From assembly GCA_028534125.1 (NCBI GenBank), contig CM052816.1:72976001-73040000 (forward strand): a stretch of 64,000 bases of DNA. The letters run 5' to 3'. A program made the translations under genes and the position numbers. The notes below the pieces were generated by a model. The model searched no databases. It saw only the letters and a list, made by a program, of their open reading frames with translations, and was not told the origin of the DNA. Positions 37,089 through 51,340 of the stretch are shown here, piece by piece. This DNA is from Lama glama (Eukaryota). Positions within the stretch are counted from its first letter, which is position 1. The number at the start of each line of letters is the position of its first letter.

Positions 37089-38929
37089 TTGAGGACCAGG
37101 TGGAGTAACATCCCTAAATAATGTTGTGACCTCTTTCTAGTTCTCAATTTTTATGTCTATGGGGCTGATTATTTTACCTTTTTTTTCATCTCTACAGTTA
37201 TTAAATTTGATCCATTTCAAACTCTGCTTGCTCTACAAACTAATTTGGCAATTGCATTCATTTCCATGATCACAATCTTACCATCTAAACCTGAACTCTT
37301 GATTCATAGTCTCAGCTGCCCCTGCACATTCCAACTGGGATGGCCGTTCGATCATTCCTTTATTCAGCATATTTATTCTTACCTTATTTTTCATTTTTGT
37401 TTTCTATCTACCATATACCATGTCACAAGGATGGATGTAAAAGATTTTAAAGGGTGTCCACTGTCATGAAATCTGTAATTTTCTAAGCTTTGTTATGTCC
37501 CCAAACAAACTCTCCTTGAAATCTGTGTTTCATCCTATATTTCCATAATTTAATTAATTCCACCAAAATACAGCTCACTTGAAGACAGTCCTTGAAGGCC
37601 TGGCCACTCCCTTTACATTCAGTCCCCAAGTCTTAGGATTTCTATCTTAGTAATAATTCTCCTGCATCACAGTCATTGCCTTAGGACACATCACAAATCA
37701 ACAAATCTGCATTAAACATCTAATTTATTAATATTATTCTCCTTAAAGTTTCACAAAGTGGTTATAAATTTTCACTTTCACACATGTGTCACTTAATATT
37801 TGAAACAAACTTAAGCCCTCAATTCTCTCTCTAACTTTGTTACAGAATGAACCAGAGTCTTGGGACTTCAGATGTTTACTTTTGCAACATGAAAAATTCT
37901 AGACTTAGCTAAAGACACTTCATTATCTCCACACATCTACCCAATGTCAACCTTTTTAAGAAAAATTAGATTTATGTTTGCAACATGACATGCAAACTAT
38001 AAGCCACAAAGAACAGAGTTTATAAAAATGAACGAGCAAAATCTTGCTCTATTAAGTATATAAAAGGTACAATTTGCTAAAGTAGGGCTGTTTTTCACAC
38101 TGTTGTCATATATCAGTTTTTGTTGTTGCTCATGATATTTTATCTCAGATTCTGTCAAAGGCCATTTTCAAATATAAGGAAAGAAATACTTATGCATGTA
38201 TCCATATCAATATGTGAAAATTAGCTATTACATGCATTAAATAGATGATGGTAAATGATAATCCTGGTGGGAGTCAGCTGTGAAGAGGAAAGTTAAATTA
38301 ATTCTACCTGATCAGTTCTCTAAATGTCATCACATTTGGAAAGATCATCTAAGCAGTAATCCTTTTCTTTATTTCTTCATGTCTCAGTGTTTTTCCCCCC
38401 AAAAAATCTTTAAATAAGCATCAAAATGTAGGTAGTTGTTGAAGAGAGAAGGACACAAAAGGAGAAAAAAAATTTGAATTTTAGAACTAAAATGATTTCA
38501 GAAGAGATTCCTTTAACTTGTGGCACCAGAGGTGCCTACCCAACCAGACTCACAGAGTGTGTGTTAGTAGTTCTAGGATGAGACTCAAGGGAGCTGTGTT
38601 TTCATACAGTTGTCCAGGTTATTCAGATGCTTATGGCTAGTCTGCAAATTATCATTTGGGAAGACTGATATAGCCTACCTGACTTTTTACAGAGGAAGCA
38701 ATGGAAACACCTAGGTCAAGGGCATTTCAAGGTCATTCAGCTACTTTGTGAAACAGAGCACTAATGTAGCAGGAACTAAAACATCAGTAAGCCAGCCTTA
38801 CACCCTGGCCAGAAATTTGAACTCTTTAGAAGATGAGATACAGAAAGTATCCTGGAGGGCAGATTATTCGTATTAAACTATTAAACATACTGTTTTAGAG
38901 GGAGGGAAAAATTAGTATTTAGAGGGATA

Positions 38930-39180
38930 TGGGCATTTATAGACTGCCTATATCTTTAAAAAAAAATTTTTTTAAGCCAGACACATTATACAGATTGACC
39001 AATATTTTTGCCCAATAATCCTGAGGGGTAAGGATCATGATATTACTACCCAACCCACGCAAATCAGAAATTTAAAGTTCAAGGAGATTGAGTAAATTTA
39101 TTAAAAGCAAATGAAGTGACAAGGCTGGGGATGCAAATGTAAATTTCCCTGACCAGAGAGCCTGGGCCATTTCCACTCCA
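38930..39180 (-). mobile_element. MIR SINE
   Basis: gcatttatagactgcctat...aataatcctgagggg...gacaaggctggggatgcaaa...tgaccagagagcctgggc. Confidence 0.65.
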
Positions 39181-41269
39181 GCAAAGACATTTTTAAATTT
39201 AAAAGCACCACATATATCAAACATTTTGATTCATATTCTTATTCCTTAAAAGTGCTTTTTCCCTCCCCACCTGTGAGCTGGCTTCTGCCTTGCGATGTCT
39301 CCAAGGATGATGCTTTATCAAGTCTTTCCTTCCCTTTCTCTGTCTTCAGTCTCTCCCCTACTCATCCTTTAATTCATCCTTTCAACATGCTCCATACTCT
39401 GGCCTGGTCTGATCATTTTCGAACTGATCTGAGGACGCAACTTCCAGGAAAGGGCAAGAATATGGGTCTCCACCTCCAATGAATAGGGACAGCTTCATTT
39501 GTGTCCCACTTCGTGCGTTAAGCGGACACATAACATTTCATGAATAGGATTCTGTGAAGAAAAAGGAAGTTGGAAAATCCATGCATTTTTAATAAAAATA
39601 TTAGAATCATATTTATATTACCTTTCCAGCCAGTACTTTCCTATGTTAAATATTAAAATATATTATAAAACTAAAAAGATATCAAACTATTGAGTTCCTA
39701 GTATGACAACAACATATCAATGCAAAAGAAACACTACACTTTAGAGGCATCTTCTGTTGCAGAAAGAGACTAGAGTGATACCTCACACTGAGAAGGGAGA
39801 TGGAACTATCATTACCTGGTTACTTTGACAAATTAATTCTGTTTACTGGTTTGGGTGGTTCTTGGGTGCTCTAGGATACCCGGATACCAAAGCATCCTAA
39901 GAACTTCATTCGCCAACATTTCTAGAACCACAGAATGTCAGGGGAGGTCTATTTTACAATCACCTTTGAACAGACCGAGAACTCCAGTCACACTCTGATT
40001 ATAAGATACATCCCCCTTTCTCCTCCACCCTCCCACAGGTACACAGTCAAAGATGTCACCATGCAAGGTAGGCAATAGTTGCTACAGAACGCCAAAAGCC
40101 CAAGTGGTAGAAGATTATGCATTGGAATTAAACTCACATCCTGTCCATGCTAGGTTCCCAGAGAGGACATTGATGAAATGTGAAAGTTTGCCTTATTCCT
40201 GAAACAATGTGCAGAAGTGCATTACCTATATTGAGGTTTGAGAGTTTGGTCATAGGTGTCCCATTGCTCAATACTCTGCACCCAATAATGATCCCATGGA
40301 CCCCGTCACTCCCAACACCTAGGAACCTGCTTAGGCCACTCAGCTCCTAAATTCTGCAATGCCATTATCTAAGTCAAGTGCGGTGTGATTGCAGAAGGCT
40401 TGCTGGTTTTCTTCTCCATGGACTGTCACCACGCTGGAGGGATTACGGTGCAGCGATGACCCTACTGTGATTTAGGAAGAATCAAGGATTGTGAATTCGA
40501 TATCACTGTGCGTTATTTAGATTCAGATAAAACCATTAGGGACCTGAGGCCATGCTGTTATTCAAAGTTGAGTTGAGAATACACACGCCCATCGTGCGTC
40601 CGCAGAGCTAGGTGAAGGTGGAACTTCCGGCTTGGTTATAGAATTTTTCAACTTTAGAAGAATTTCAAATTTGAAGTTTCTTTAAAATATTTGAAGTTTG
40701 GAAAATTCCAAATTTGAAATTTTCCCTCAAAAAATTTAGTACATACACACAGGAGTAATCTCTTTTGGCCCTGAAAGGAAATGAACCTAGTGATTTTTAT
40801 TCTCATTTATAAAGCTTTTCTTTACCCTTCCTCCTCCACTTCTTATGTTTCACGGTGGTCGTTTGAGTTTCCGAGAGGATGAAATACAGACGCAGCTGAT
40901 GGAGGAGGCACAGGGAGTTAGGAAGGAGGCAACGCTTAACAGATGATTCTGAAGACATTTCCTCAGGTGAAAGATAAGCATTGTCACCATCAGTGAATGT
41001 GACCACTTCATGACACAATAGGGTGCATAAAATGTTAGTGCTTTTATGCTAGTTTTTTTTAGATGGTATAAAGAATGGGATAGAATCATCATTGTTCTTC
41101 AAAATCACTTTTTACCCATAATATAATTGGTAAAAAATTTCATGAACTTTACTTAAGCTTTTGTCTCTAGTTTTTTATCATTTTTGAGAATCTATTAATG
41201 AGAATTTTACAGGAAGCATATCATCATCTTATTAGCATATCACTATGTTAACTAAGAATATTTGCCTGA

Positions 41270-41510
41270 ACATTTTATGAGAATTTACAATGCTTCAGGC
41301 ATTATCCTCAACACAGTACATAGATTAACTGATCTAATCCTCAAATCTACTTTACCAGTAGACGTTTTTGTTTAGTTTTTTAATCAAAAATGTACAGATG
41401 AACAAACTGAGATGCAGAAATGAAGCAATTTGCCCAAGGTCATAGAGCAAGTACACACTGGGGACAAGTTCTGAGCCAGCAACCTGGCTCTAGAGTAGAT
41501 GCTTAAAAGT
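41270..41510 (-). mobile_element. MIR SINE
   Basis: tacagatgaacaaactgagatgcagaaatgaagcaatttgcccaaggtcatagagcaagt. Confidence 0.85.
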
Positions 41511-41869
41511 TATTGAATGACTCATTGGCTTGTATGAATTTACCTTGTGGATCTGGATTTGAAGGAGAAAATCAATAGTATTAAGGATGTTTCATTTATA
41601 GAGCCATTTCATAAATAACCTTGGAAGGCTCCTAGGATGGAGGAGAGGAAATAGTCAGGAGGGTTCAGAGGGAGCACAGAAATTTAACCTGATATGGGGA
41701 CCGAATTGAAGAGATCCAAGGACCAGGATGAATTCCATAAATATTAGTGACACTTTTCTGGCAGTAATCTCATTCTCTTTGCTCTCTTTTCTGAACAAAA
41801 GCAGCCAAAGATGCTGATATTATTTGATCTGACCCAGTTTGCTTCCTCTTGACCTCCTCCTGCTTAAAT

Positions 41870-42030
41870 GGTTTTGCAGGAGTCAGGTTGGTGAGTTCAA
41901 ATCCAAGCTCAAACCATTTTCCTCTTTGTAAAATACTAGTAGTACTAGAATCTACAGTAGAGTTGTTGGAGGGATCAGTGCACACTCCCTGTGCTGTTTA
42001 GCACAGAGTAAACACTGCCAGGTATTAATA
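41870..42030 (+). mobile_element. MIR SINE fragment
   Basis: gagttcaaatccaagctc...tttcctctttgtaaaat...agagttgttggagggatc...tttagcacagagt. Confidence 0.7.
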
Positions 42031-43924
42031 TTGACCTTTATATTCTTATTCTCTTTCCTTCCTCCGAAACTCTTCACCTTCTTGCCCTACCCTCCCTCTT
42101 CTCTAGCTGCCAGACCACCTTCATAATATTTAAGCTAATTTTGAATTAAAGATTATCAGTAGCTGAGGTCCATGTTCATCCAGTTGGAGATTTTTTAAAT
42201 TGTTAATGTGGAAGTAAATCTGCCATCTCAGCTGAAAATCTTTTCAGAAATAGCAGGCTGTTTCTTTGGACTGTTGGGCTAGGGCAGCCCTGTTGGGAGG
42301 TACTTCATGAGCCAGTATCTTTGGACAAATAAATGGACTTATTCCACGTTGAAATGAAAGTTTGTCTCATTTAGATTTGAGATTACACAGAGGAGAGGGG
42401 GAGTGAGCATGTTCACAGCACCTGCTTTGTTTGGAGCCAAATCAACACAGTCATAAACAGTCTTAATTAATATTCCTAGTGATGGATAGATACATTATCA
42501 CCTTCTCATTACAGATGAGGACTATGAAACAATAAATCACTTCCTCAAGCACCAAATGACTCAAACTTCATGATCCTTCTATAGCTCAAAAGAATATATC
42601 TAAGCAAATATTAAGACAATACAAAATCAACTGGTGACTCAGAACACACTGTACAATGAAAGAAAAGGGACAGAAAACATCATTCAAATAAAAGCAAGAC
42701 TTTTGCAAACAGTAAAACTGATTTTGCAAAATACTTTGAGCTGAAAATAAATACGCAAAAAGAATTTGTAATCCTCGAAAGTTTGCACTCTACACTTGTA
42801 CAATCAACAGTATGTTCCTTGGACCTGCAATTACAGAATTCTTTGAATGCTGTCACTATTTACTGACATGTCTACTGGTGGAAAAATATTGTTTGGAAAC
42901 CGGGATCCAGAACTCCCTTCATGCACTACAACCATCACCAGCATCCTTCCCTTTAAACTCTTATTTTGCATCTTCTTTCCCTTTTCAAAGAGGTTCTTTC
43001 CATTGATTTTTCCTATTTTCATTCCCTCTCCTATCCCTTCTCCCACCTCTATCCCAGGAGGACTCCAACAAAACCTGTCAGATCAATGTTTCAAAATAAG
43101 TACAACAGTCAGTCACACTTGTCAACATTGTCCTGTGAAAGAAAGCTTGTCAGAGCTTTCCAAATGTAACAAGAATTTTCTTCTCCAGATTCAGGAGTAA
43201 CATTTGCTGACCCTGTGGGGGGACATAGAGAGCACTGCTTTCTCGCACCCAATCCAGTTCATCTCGGGACCAAGCATTTTTTGCTCGTCCCCCATATCTC
43301 TTGTACTTAGTACTGTTTATTCACCTTATACATTCTCCTATCAGGTAATGCTGGCATACATCCAGAGCTCCTCACTTCTTATGAAGATGTGTCTGTTTAG
43401 AATATAGGTGTTTCTCAGGCACTAACGCACACATGGAATTTGTTTTCTGTGTTGTCTGACCGTTTTTAGCTTACCTGTGTTCGTCATTTTGTCTCCAGCT
43501 GGACAGTTTGTGCCTTCATGCATGCTACAATTTTTTATCAACTATCTCCAAATACCAGGCACAACAGGTTCTGCCTTTATGGGTTCCCCAGCAGAATCTG
43601 GCATGAAGCTGAAAATGTGGTCATTGATATACAAAAAATAACTATAGTTAATTGGTTCATAGAAGTTAATTACTATGATATGAAACCCAAGCAAACAATA
43701 GCCTGTTTTTATAGCCACAGAGGATGGTTTAGTTAAAGTCATCAGTTTTGTCTGCATCCAGAAGATGAAAAGCTAAATTGTATTGGTTTTTTAAAGCATG
43801 TTTTAGAAGACAGTATGATGAACTTCTCTATATTTTCATCACAATTACCAGCCATAAATGCAGCTCTAGAAATCAAATTAATCCTTGTAAACTGTAGTTT
43901 ATGAATGTGTAAGTCGATAAACAT

Positions 43925-44560
43925 GCATTTATTTATTAGTTCAACAAGCATTTATAGCACTAGTTATGAGCACATGTGGAACATGTTAAGGACAGAGGGA
44001 CAGAAAGATGCATTCAAGTCTGACATCTCATTATGAAGCTGGATACTCGAACAGACAATTCAATAAACTGTCACAATGATCAACACAGAGATGTACAATA
44101 GACTATAAAGAAGTGAAACAAAATATAAAATTTTTCTCTTTGCTGTAGTGTGGAAATCAGAGACACTCAGCAGACAAGTTCTGAGCGGACGCTCAGAATG
44201 ATGGCTGGAAGCTCAGATGGGAGACAGGGTGTGCGATGGCCTTCTGGGATGGGGGGAGCTTGGGGAGACTCTAGGAGGCAAGAGATGCTATGGCAGGTAA
44301 AGGCAGCAGCTGTTGTTTTCCAAGGTTGGAGCGTCGGGTAAGTGGAGGAAGCAGTGGGAAGAGGAGTGAGACAAGCAGCAGGACCCAGGAGAGGGCACCC
44401 TTGTGAGCCCTGGGGGTGCCTGAACATGTTCTCTGCATGGCAACAAGACACTGAAGGATTTAAAGTGGAGACATGGCGTGACCAGCTTTGAAAATGCAGA
44501 GGAAGAATTTAGAGGTGCCAACTTGGGAGGCTGCGGAGACCTGTTAAGGGTTGAATAGTG
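43925..44560 (-). mobile_element. LINE-2 3' region
   Basis: Begins catttatttattagttcaacaagcatttat; later cactgaaggatttaaagtggagacatggcgtgaccag. Confidence 0.7.
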
Positions 44561-45048
44561 CTGACCAACATGGCCTCTCCTTTGTGCTGGGGCAAACCAC
44601 AACGCTGTTGTCATTGGACAGTTTCTGTTCCCTCCTGTCCACCCCCAAAAAAGTAAAGTGGAAAACAACTTATGCTTAGGTAGATAGAAGAGCCATAACC
44701 TAAAAACTGAAATAAAATATGTAATTATCTCCAACTGGTGATTACCAAGTGTTTTAAGAGAAATAAAATTTTGGAGCTTTTTGCTTTTCTCCTAGATTTA
44801 GAAAAAACACACCGTAATTTGACATTTTTTGAGATGTTATCTATTCTTCTTCAATGATCTGTATGTGTTCTTAAATTTGGATATAATCGTGGGAGAAATC
44901 AGCCATGTGGAAATAAAGCTTTCTTTTCTTTCTTTCATTTTTTAGTGTTATCTTTATTGGTCGTGAATACTCTCTATTAAAGAATTTGAGAGACTTGTCA
45001 CCAGGAGGTTGTCATTTACTTGCCACATTTGGCTCAGTCCATAAGTGG

Positions 45049-45534
45049 TGTATCAGTCAGTTTTCAGCTAAGAAAACAAAAAAAGCATTCTAAGGATATC
45101 AAATAGTATGGTATGTCATTTGAGGATTAGTTGCTTACAAATCATGACAAAGCCTGTATGATTAGAAGTCAGAGAAAACCATTTCTAGCTTTCAGGAAAT
45201 CAAGTAGTTGCAGGAGTTTCAAGAAACCACCACACACGAGCTGACCACCTGCAGCACTGAAGCAGGTGATTCGCAGAACACCTGGATCTGCTGACAAATC
45301 ACCTACCTGCCCTCAGCTGAGGTCCAACCAGCACCCGCTGCTGTCGAAGGACTAGTGATGTCTACTTCCTTCCACCTTCTGAGCCATGCCTGCCTCTCAG
45401 GGCTGAAACCTAAGCTGGGCATGGCAAGAGAGTCAATCAAATGTGATTTCCAGGCTTCCAGTCCTTACCACACAAAGAGCATGTGTAGAAAGAACTAGAA
45501 TGTGCTGAGATGACAGCAGACGTGCTGGATCACA
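45049..45534 (-). mobile_element. Old ERV LTR (LTR78/LTR79-like)
   Basis: tgtatcagtcag...caca termini; ctagctttcaggaaatca and cctgcagcactgaagcaggtgatt motifs. Confidence 0.6.
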
Positions 45535-47689
45535 TGGTGTGCCTTCTGGGGTCATTCACACTACATTTGCTCACCGTGGGGCCCAAGTAAGACACTGGCT
45601 TATGTGTAAAAGAGAAGCTCAAAGGTCAGATAGAAAATGAGTTGCCTCTAGTGAATTATGAACACTCGGTAAGTACAAGAATATCATAATCAACACTAAT
45701 TATAACAATTTTGTCACTAACAGTAATTTAAGAATTATTTCCAAAGATTGATAATCGGCTTGACTTTAAATTCTGTTTCTATCTTTTAACTTGCAAATAC
45801 TTAAAAACACAAGTTGAATTTCATCTGAAGAAAATGTTCACGAATCTGTCGGTTAAAAGAGGCATTTGACCAAATTCCAATTATTTTGGAAATCTATAAA
45901 TACAATTTATAATAAAACTGTTATATAATGTAGGTGTTGTATGCAAAGGACTATGTTTTCCAAGGTTAATTTTTAGTTTTTTATTATTTTAAAACTTAGT
46001 TACTAGACATCTTCCATTTAGACCTGTTTTCTCATTCTTTATTTTTTTGAATCCTGCAGGGCTAAATTAAACAATAAAGACTTTGTAAAAGATAAAATAG
46101 ATAGATTCTCTAAAATTGTTTTTTTCTTTTATATGTATAATTAGAAAATATTCAATTTGGTTTTTGTTAAACATAATTTGAAATAAATTATACATAAATA
46201 GGATATTAGTATTTTTTCTAGAAATTAGCTAATTATTTCTTATGTTAAAAATAGAAGATACTTTAATTTAGATTGAAAATCCTTTAATAGCAATGTAGTA
46301 TAAACTATGGCTAATACCATGGAAATAACCTTTATAAGTATGATTCTAATTATATCCCTCAGCATATAACATGAGAGTGAAGTCCTTATTGTAGGAATGA
46401 AGTAAGGATAATGTTAAAACTGTAGACTTTCTATTGCCAGAATAATGACAATAATAAATCTTAGTACCATGATAAGCAAGTAATAAACTCTAAATTTTGT
46501 GCTCTATATAAATCCTATAATTAAAATATTTTTATTTTTCAGCACTATTTAAATAATAGTGATACAATCTAAAAGGAATCAACTCTATATAATGTTCTAA
46601 TCAAAATAATATAACTCAATAATTGTATTACCTACTTCATAGGACTTTTATAATAATAAAATGAAGCAATCAATGAATACTATTGTTATTATTCTGGTTA
46701 TTTAATTCTTCTTGGAGTGAAAAAAATTACAAAATACTTGTCACTGACATGATGAGAAAACAGGAGTAAAGTTAGAGAACAAATTATTTATATACTGCAT
46801 ATAATACTAAATCCTCTGAAAAAGGCTTATTAACATTTCTGATTTCACTTTGTAACACAGGTTTATTGTACCTTATAAACAGAATCTTGCTATTTTTGAA
46901 GTTTTTCCAGTGATTCTAAGAATGCAGTTTAAATATTTGCCTATATAAAATTTAGTCACATCCTTCAAAAACTTACATGATTATGGCAAATTTTAACATG
47001 TGAATATACATGCCATCCAACTATGTCCCAAATATACAAACGTATACATGTACATCTTATTCTTGTTACCAAGCCTTATTTTAGTCATTTGGAACACAAG
47101 GATATCCTGCTAACTAGAAAGATACAATCTAGTAGAAATTGGACTAAATGGATTATTACAATATAATGCAATAAGTTTAAGTAGAGAAAAGAAATATTAA
47201 TACTATTTGAGAGAACCAGGAATGGATTACTTAATACAGGCTTGAGTAGGAATTTATACTGAGGACAAAAGAAAGACAGCATTCCCAGTAGAGGAAACAG
47301 CATTTACAAGTCATAGTTTGGGCAATTTCTTGATACTTGATACTAAGGAATGATAAGTTCAGGACAATTAAGATCTTAGTTGAGAAAATAGTAATGAAGA
47401 GGGTGAAGCTAAACTGTGGGGATAAAGTATTCATTGGCTATGGATTAAACCCAGTGAAACCACGGTGACACTATTGCATGGCACACCCTTATTTAAGATG
47501 CAATTATTGGGCTATAATTATTATTAAAGTACAGATTTAAGACTTTACAATATATACACAAGAACCAAGAACATACACAATGATATTTTTATCATTATCA
47601 CCATCATCCCTGTCTACTTCGCTCATTGAATTAGTGGCTGTAATAAAGCAGGAGCTCTTCTAAGAACTGGTGCTATATAGGGGGCATTT

Positions 47690-48050
47690 TTCAATGGAGG
47701 CTGAAAAATAATTAATATGAGTATGTTCTATTGGTGCTTACAGTCTAATGGTAGGGGCATTGATAAAATATTCAGACAAACAGCTCTATAACTGTTAATT
47801 GCGAAAATGGAAATGGTAGAAATATACAAGTCTCTTTAAGAGTTAATGACATAGTGCTGTGACTCAGGCTTGATGTTCAGAAAGAAGTCTCTGAGTGAGT
47901 GGCATTTAAAATAAAATCTGCAATATTGTTAGGAGTTCTGCAGGCCAATAAAAAGGAGAGGATGGAAGGAAAGAAAAGAAGGTGCTCTAGGCAGTGATAA
48001 ACAGGCTATGAGTAGAGAAGAGTCTGGCACTTGGGTGTCATGGAGAAAAA
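47690..48050 (-). mobile_element. LINE-2 fragment
   Basis: gcttacagtctaatggtaggg...cagaaagaagtctctgagtgagtggcattta...tctaggcagtg. Confidence 0.6.
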
Positions 48051-48307
48051 AACAATATGGAAAATATGTCACCTGCCATTTTGAAACTCACTTTAGTAAG
48101 GTGACTACCCATGAGAAAGTACCAGCTAGTATCAACTAGTGAATATGAAACAAAACAAGCCTATACAATATTAAGGTTTGGATGGTGTTCATATTTCACA
48201 CAAGCTGTTGAAAACAAAACAAAAACCATGAATTTAAGAAGCTATTTCTGAGTTTGTTATTTCTTTGAATTTACAAATTTGTGTACAGGTACTTGACATG
48301 ATGTTGA

Positions 48308-48503
48308 GTATTTCTCAAAGTGGAATCCAGGGACCATCTGAAAAGCAACCGAAAGAGAAACTTATTAGAGATACATATTCCTGGACTTCAGCATGTCTCC
48401 TTCACGCGTACTGAATGAGAATCTCTGGAGTGAAACTCATGCATCTGCTATTTAATAAATTTCCCTGGTTATATTTATGCACACTAAATTTTGAGAATCA
48501 CAA
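48308..48503. mobile_element. MER5A-like hAT-Charlie MITE
   Basis: agtatttctcaaagtg...tactgaatgagaatctctgg...tatgcacactaaattttgagaatcac, with degenerate inverted ends. Confidence 0.75.
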
Positions 48504-49229
48504 ATGTAGGCATGAGATTGGGACGATATCTTTTGCTATTCCCATGTTCCTGCCAAGATTAATAGAGAAATTATTTCTGTTTTCTTTGGTACTTTAAGAA
48601 AGTTGGAATAAGCACTCTGGAACTCTAGATGAACTTCACTTTCAGGAGGTAAAGAGGAAGTATATATTATATGGTGAAATTTGGGAAAGTCTGTAGGGTC
48701 CATTGACAAAAGGCAGAATCACTGCATCAAAATAAATTAGACATAAAAATGGCTCTCTTATTTTTCTTTCCCTTTAACTAACAGTGTCTCAAGGAGAATT
48801 ATTTTTTTCCTCCTCCTCTTGCAACATTTATTAACTAGTCCTGCTGAGGCAGGACCTCTCCTTCAAGGGAAGTGAAAGGGTATTTTACAATCTCCAGTGA
48901 AAGAGTATTTAAATTCATTTTAGAGAGAAAGGTAGGAGGCAATGCTGCATTTAATCCGGCTTTATCAGAAATTCTTGTATTGTAGGTAGTAAAGCTGTTA
49001 CTTTTGTTTCATTTGGATTGGTACCCTAAAACCTCCAACACAGATTAAATGTCAAGTAAAAATCTGTACAAGTTCTAGGGATTTTATCTTCCAAAAAGAA
49101 AGAGTACGTGATACTTTATTAAAGTCTATGACTATACTTTACCAATTTTATCAAATTAATACAAGGAATATAAGATCCCCAATATTAACACTTGCACATT
49201 TAAACTATCAAGTACCCTTCACATACATT

Positions 49230-50390
49230 AACAATATTGAAAATGGAAGGGAGAAAATCATTAGTGAAATAATTTAGAACAATTTCCCATAACTGAAAGC
49301 TATGGGTTTCCAGACTGAAGGGCTCAGAGAGTGGCTAGATGAAAACAGCTTGGTTCAAGGACCACAGTTTTAAAACTTTAAATCGTTCTTCAATTAATGA
49401 TGGGATTGTGCAAGCTTCCAGAGGGTTGGAGGAAAAACAGCCCATCTATAAAGAATGAAGAATGAGAATGCTTTCTGATATCTCATTAACTCAGGGAGCT
49501 AGAAGGTAAAGAAGCAATGCCTTCAAAATCCTGAAGGAAGATGATTTGCAATCTAAAATTTCATGGCTAGTCAAACTATCCATCAAGTATGAGGGTAGAA
49601 TTGAACATATTGGGTCTCAAGATATTTATCACTCATAAACCCTTTCTTGGTCAGCTACTAGAGAATGTTGTCCACCAAATCAATGGAATAAATCCATTAA
49701 GAGCAAGACTCTGGGTACAGAAAACAGGAATACTAATGCAGGTATAATGAGGAAGGGAAATCACAGAATTACAACAGTGGAGCATGTGTGCAGTGCAATT
49801 TGCTTAGATGAAAGAACTCCAAGATGGATGTCTCCGAGAAAAGGAAAATTGAACTAGCACGTCACCTTACATGATTGACTTTATGGAAAATAGTACTGAA
49901 AAGTCTTGTTCGGTGGAGGAAGAATTAGATTCAAGAACCAGGAAATTAGAGAGGGAAACAAAACGATTATTAATCTTGAAAAAAGTAAGCCATGACACAT
50001 AATCACAATACCTTTATAACCTTCATCTGTGAATAACATTTCCATGAGTGTAACTTGTAACACTGAATATCAGTATATAAAATTTTCAGGGATGGCAAAG
50101 GAAACTTAGACAGAATGGGAGGGTAAGTGGGCTCAATCATCATCTACTGTAATGGGAAAACAGTAATATCTAAAATTGACAAATCAAAGATAGATACACA
50201 CTACATATTTAAAAATACAGTGATGTGTAAGTGCTGGAATATAGTTAAACAAGTTCAAGGTGGTTGTTCCTAGGATGAATGAAGTAAGAAAAGTTCTTGC
50301 AGTAACTACGCTATAGCTACTGTTTGAATTATTAAACCATGTTCATGTATTCCGTCAGAAAAAATGATATTTTTCATAAAAATGAATTTT
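49230..50390 (+). mobile_element. HAL1 (half-L1)-like element: decayed ORF1-like region and 3' UTR
   Basis: ORF1-like DNA (gcaatgccttcaaaatcctgaaggaa, caaactatccatcaagtatgagggtagaat) followed by HAL1-like agctactagagaatgttgtccaccaaa. No ORF2 follows. Confidence 0.7.
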
Positions 50391-50459
50391 AAAGGCTTGA
50401 CTAATGTGTGATAAAATTAATTAAATATAAAGTGCTTAAAATTAATAATCTCTTAATAA

Positions 50460-51340
50460 ATGAAAGAAAGAGAAACATTTCTCTTCCATCAGATTAACAA
50501 AGTTTAAAAGAGGAGTGAATGAGAGTATCAAGATTTGATAAGGATGCGGGGAAATGTTGGTGAAGATATGAAATCTTCAGGAAAACAATCTAACAAAGTA
50601 TATCAAGAATCCATGATATGCTCTTATCTGAATTACAGAAAATTAGCTTTTTTCTCTTGGCCTGGGGGAATAAATGGTCAGGTGTGCAAAAGTCAAAGAT
50701 AGTCATTGCTTGATTGTTTATGACTGTAACTACAGCCTAAGCTTCCAATATAGAAAATGAGTCAAATCAAGGCTTTGCTAAAATATAATCTTTTTCTTGA
50801 GGTTTTCTGTTACCAGACTAATTACTATGGGAACTCCCATACCTCTTAGCTAGTCTTTCAAAATTTTCTGCACAGCACTTGTCTGCATCTGACATACTAC
50901 ATGGTCTACTCACTGGTTTATTTATGGTAGCTTCTTTCCACAAGACTATAAGCTCCATGAGGACAGGGACTGTTTAAAATTTATAATTGTATCAACAATA
51001 CCTAATAGTATTGTATCAATGTAGTATATGCTTAATAAATATTTTCATTAAAATAGTATAATGAATAGTATGCAGATGCTATTCTGTGATACAGAATTAA
51101 GTTTATTGATCTAGAGATACTATATATATATATAGATATATCTAGAAATATTACATATTAAGTAAGGAAAGAAGGGCATGATATAAGATATAATTTGACT
51201 TTTATAAGACTACAAATAATTGTATGCATAGAAAAGGAAGAGAATCCATTATGTCATTTTTATGTGTTTCCATTTTGTCTATTTTTATTTCCTGAAAGTT
51301 TTCCTAAAGAACATTATATATGCAATGAAAAATAAAAATC
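50460..51340 (+). mobile_element. Old L1ME-like fragments interleaved with an L2 3' fragment (~50790-51050)
   Basis: ccatcagattaacaaagtttaaa (L1 ORF2 end); gactataagctccatgaggacagggactg...cttaataaatatt (L2). Confidence 0.55.

Noticed and set aside
40661..40721. AT-rich inverted repeat (aatttcaaatttg...caaatttgaaatt)
   Set aside because: Low-complexity, self-palindromic AT sequence with no TSD or RNA-gene features.
42812..43407. Several overlapping ORFs up to 117 aa
   Set aside because: Pyrimidine-rich low-complexity or decayed repeat sequence with no protein similarity I can recognise.
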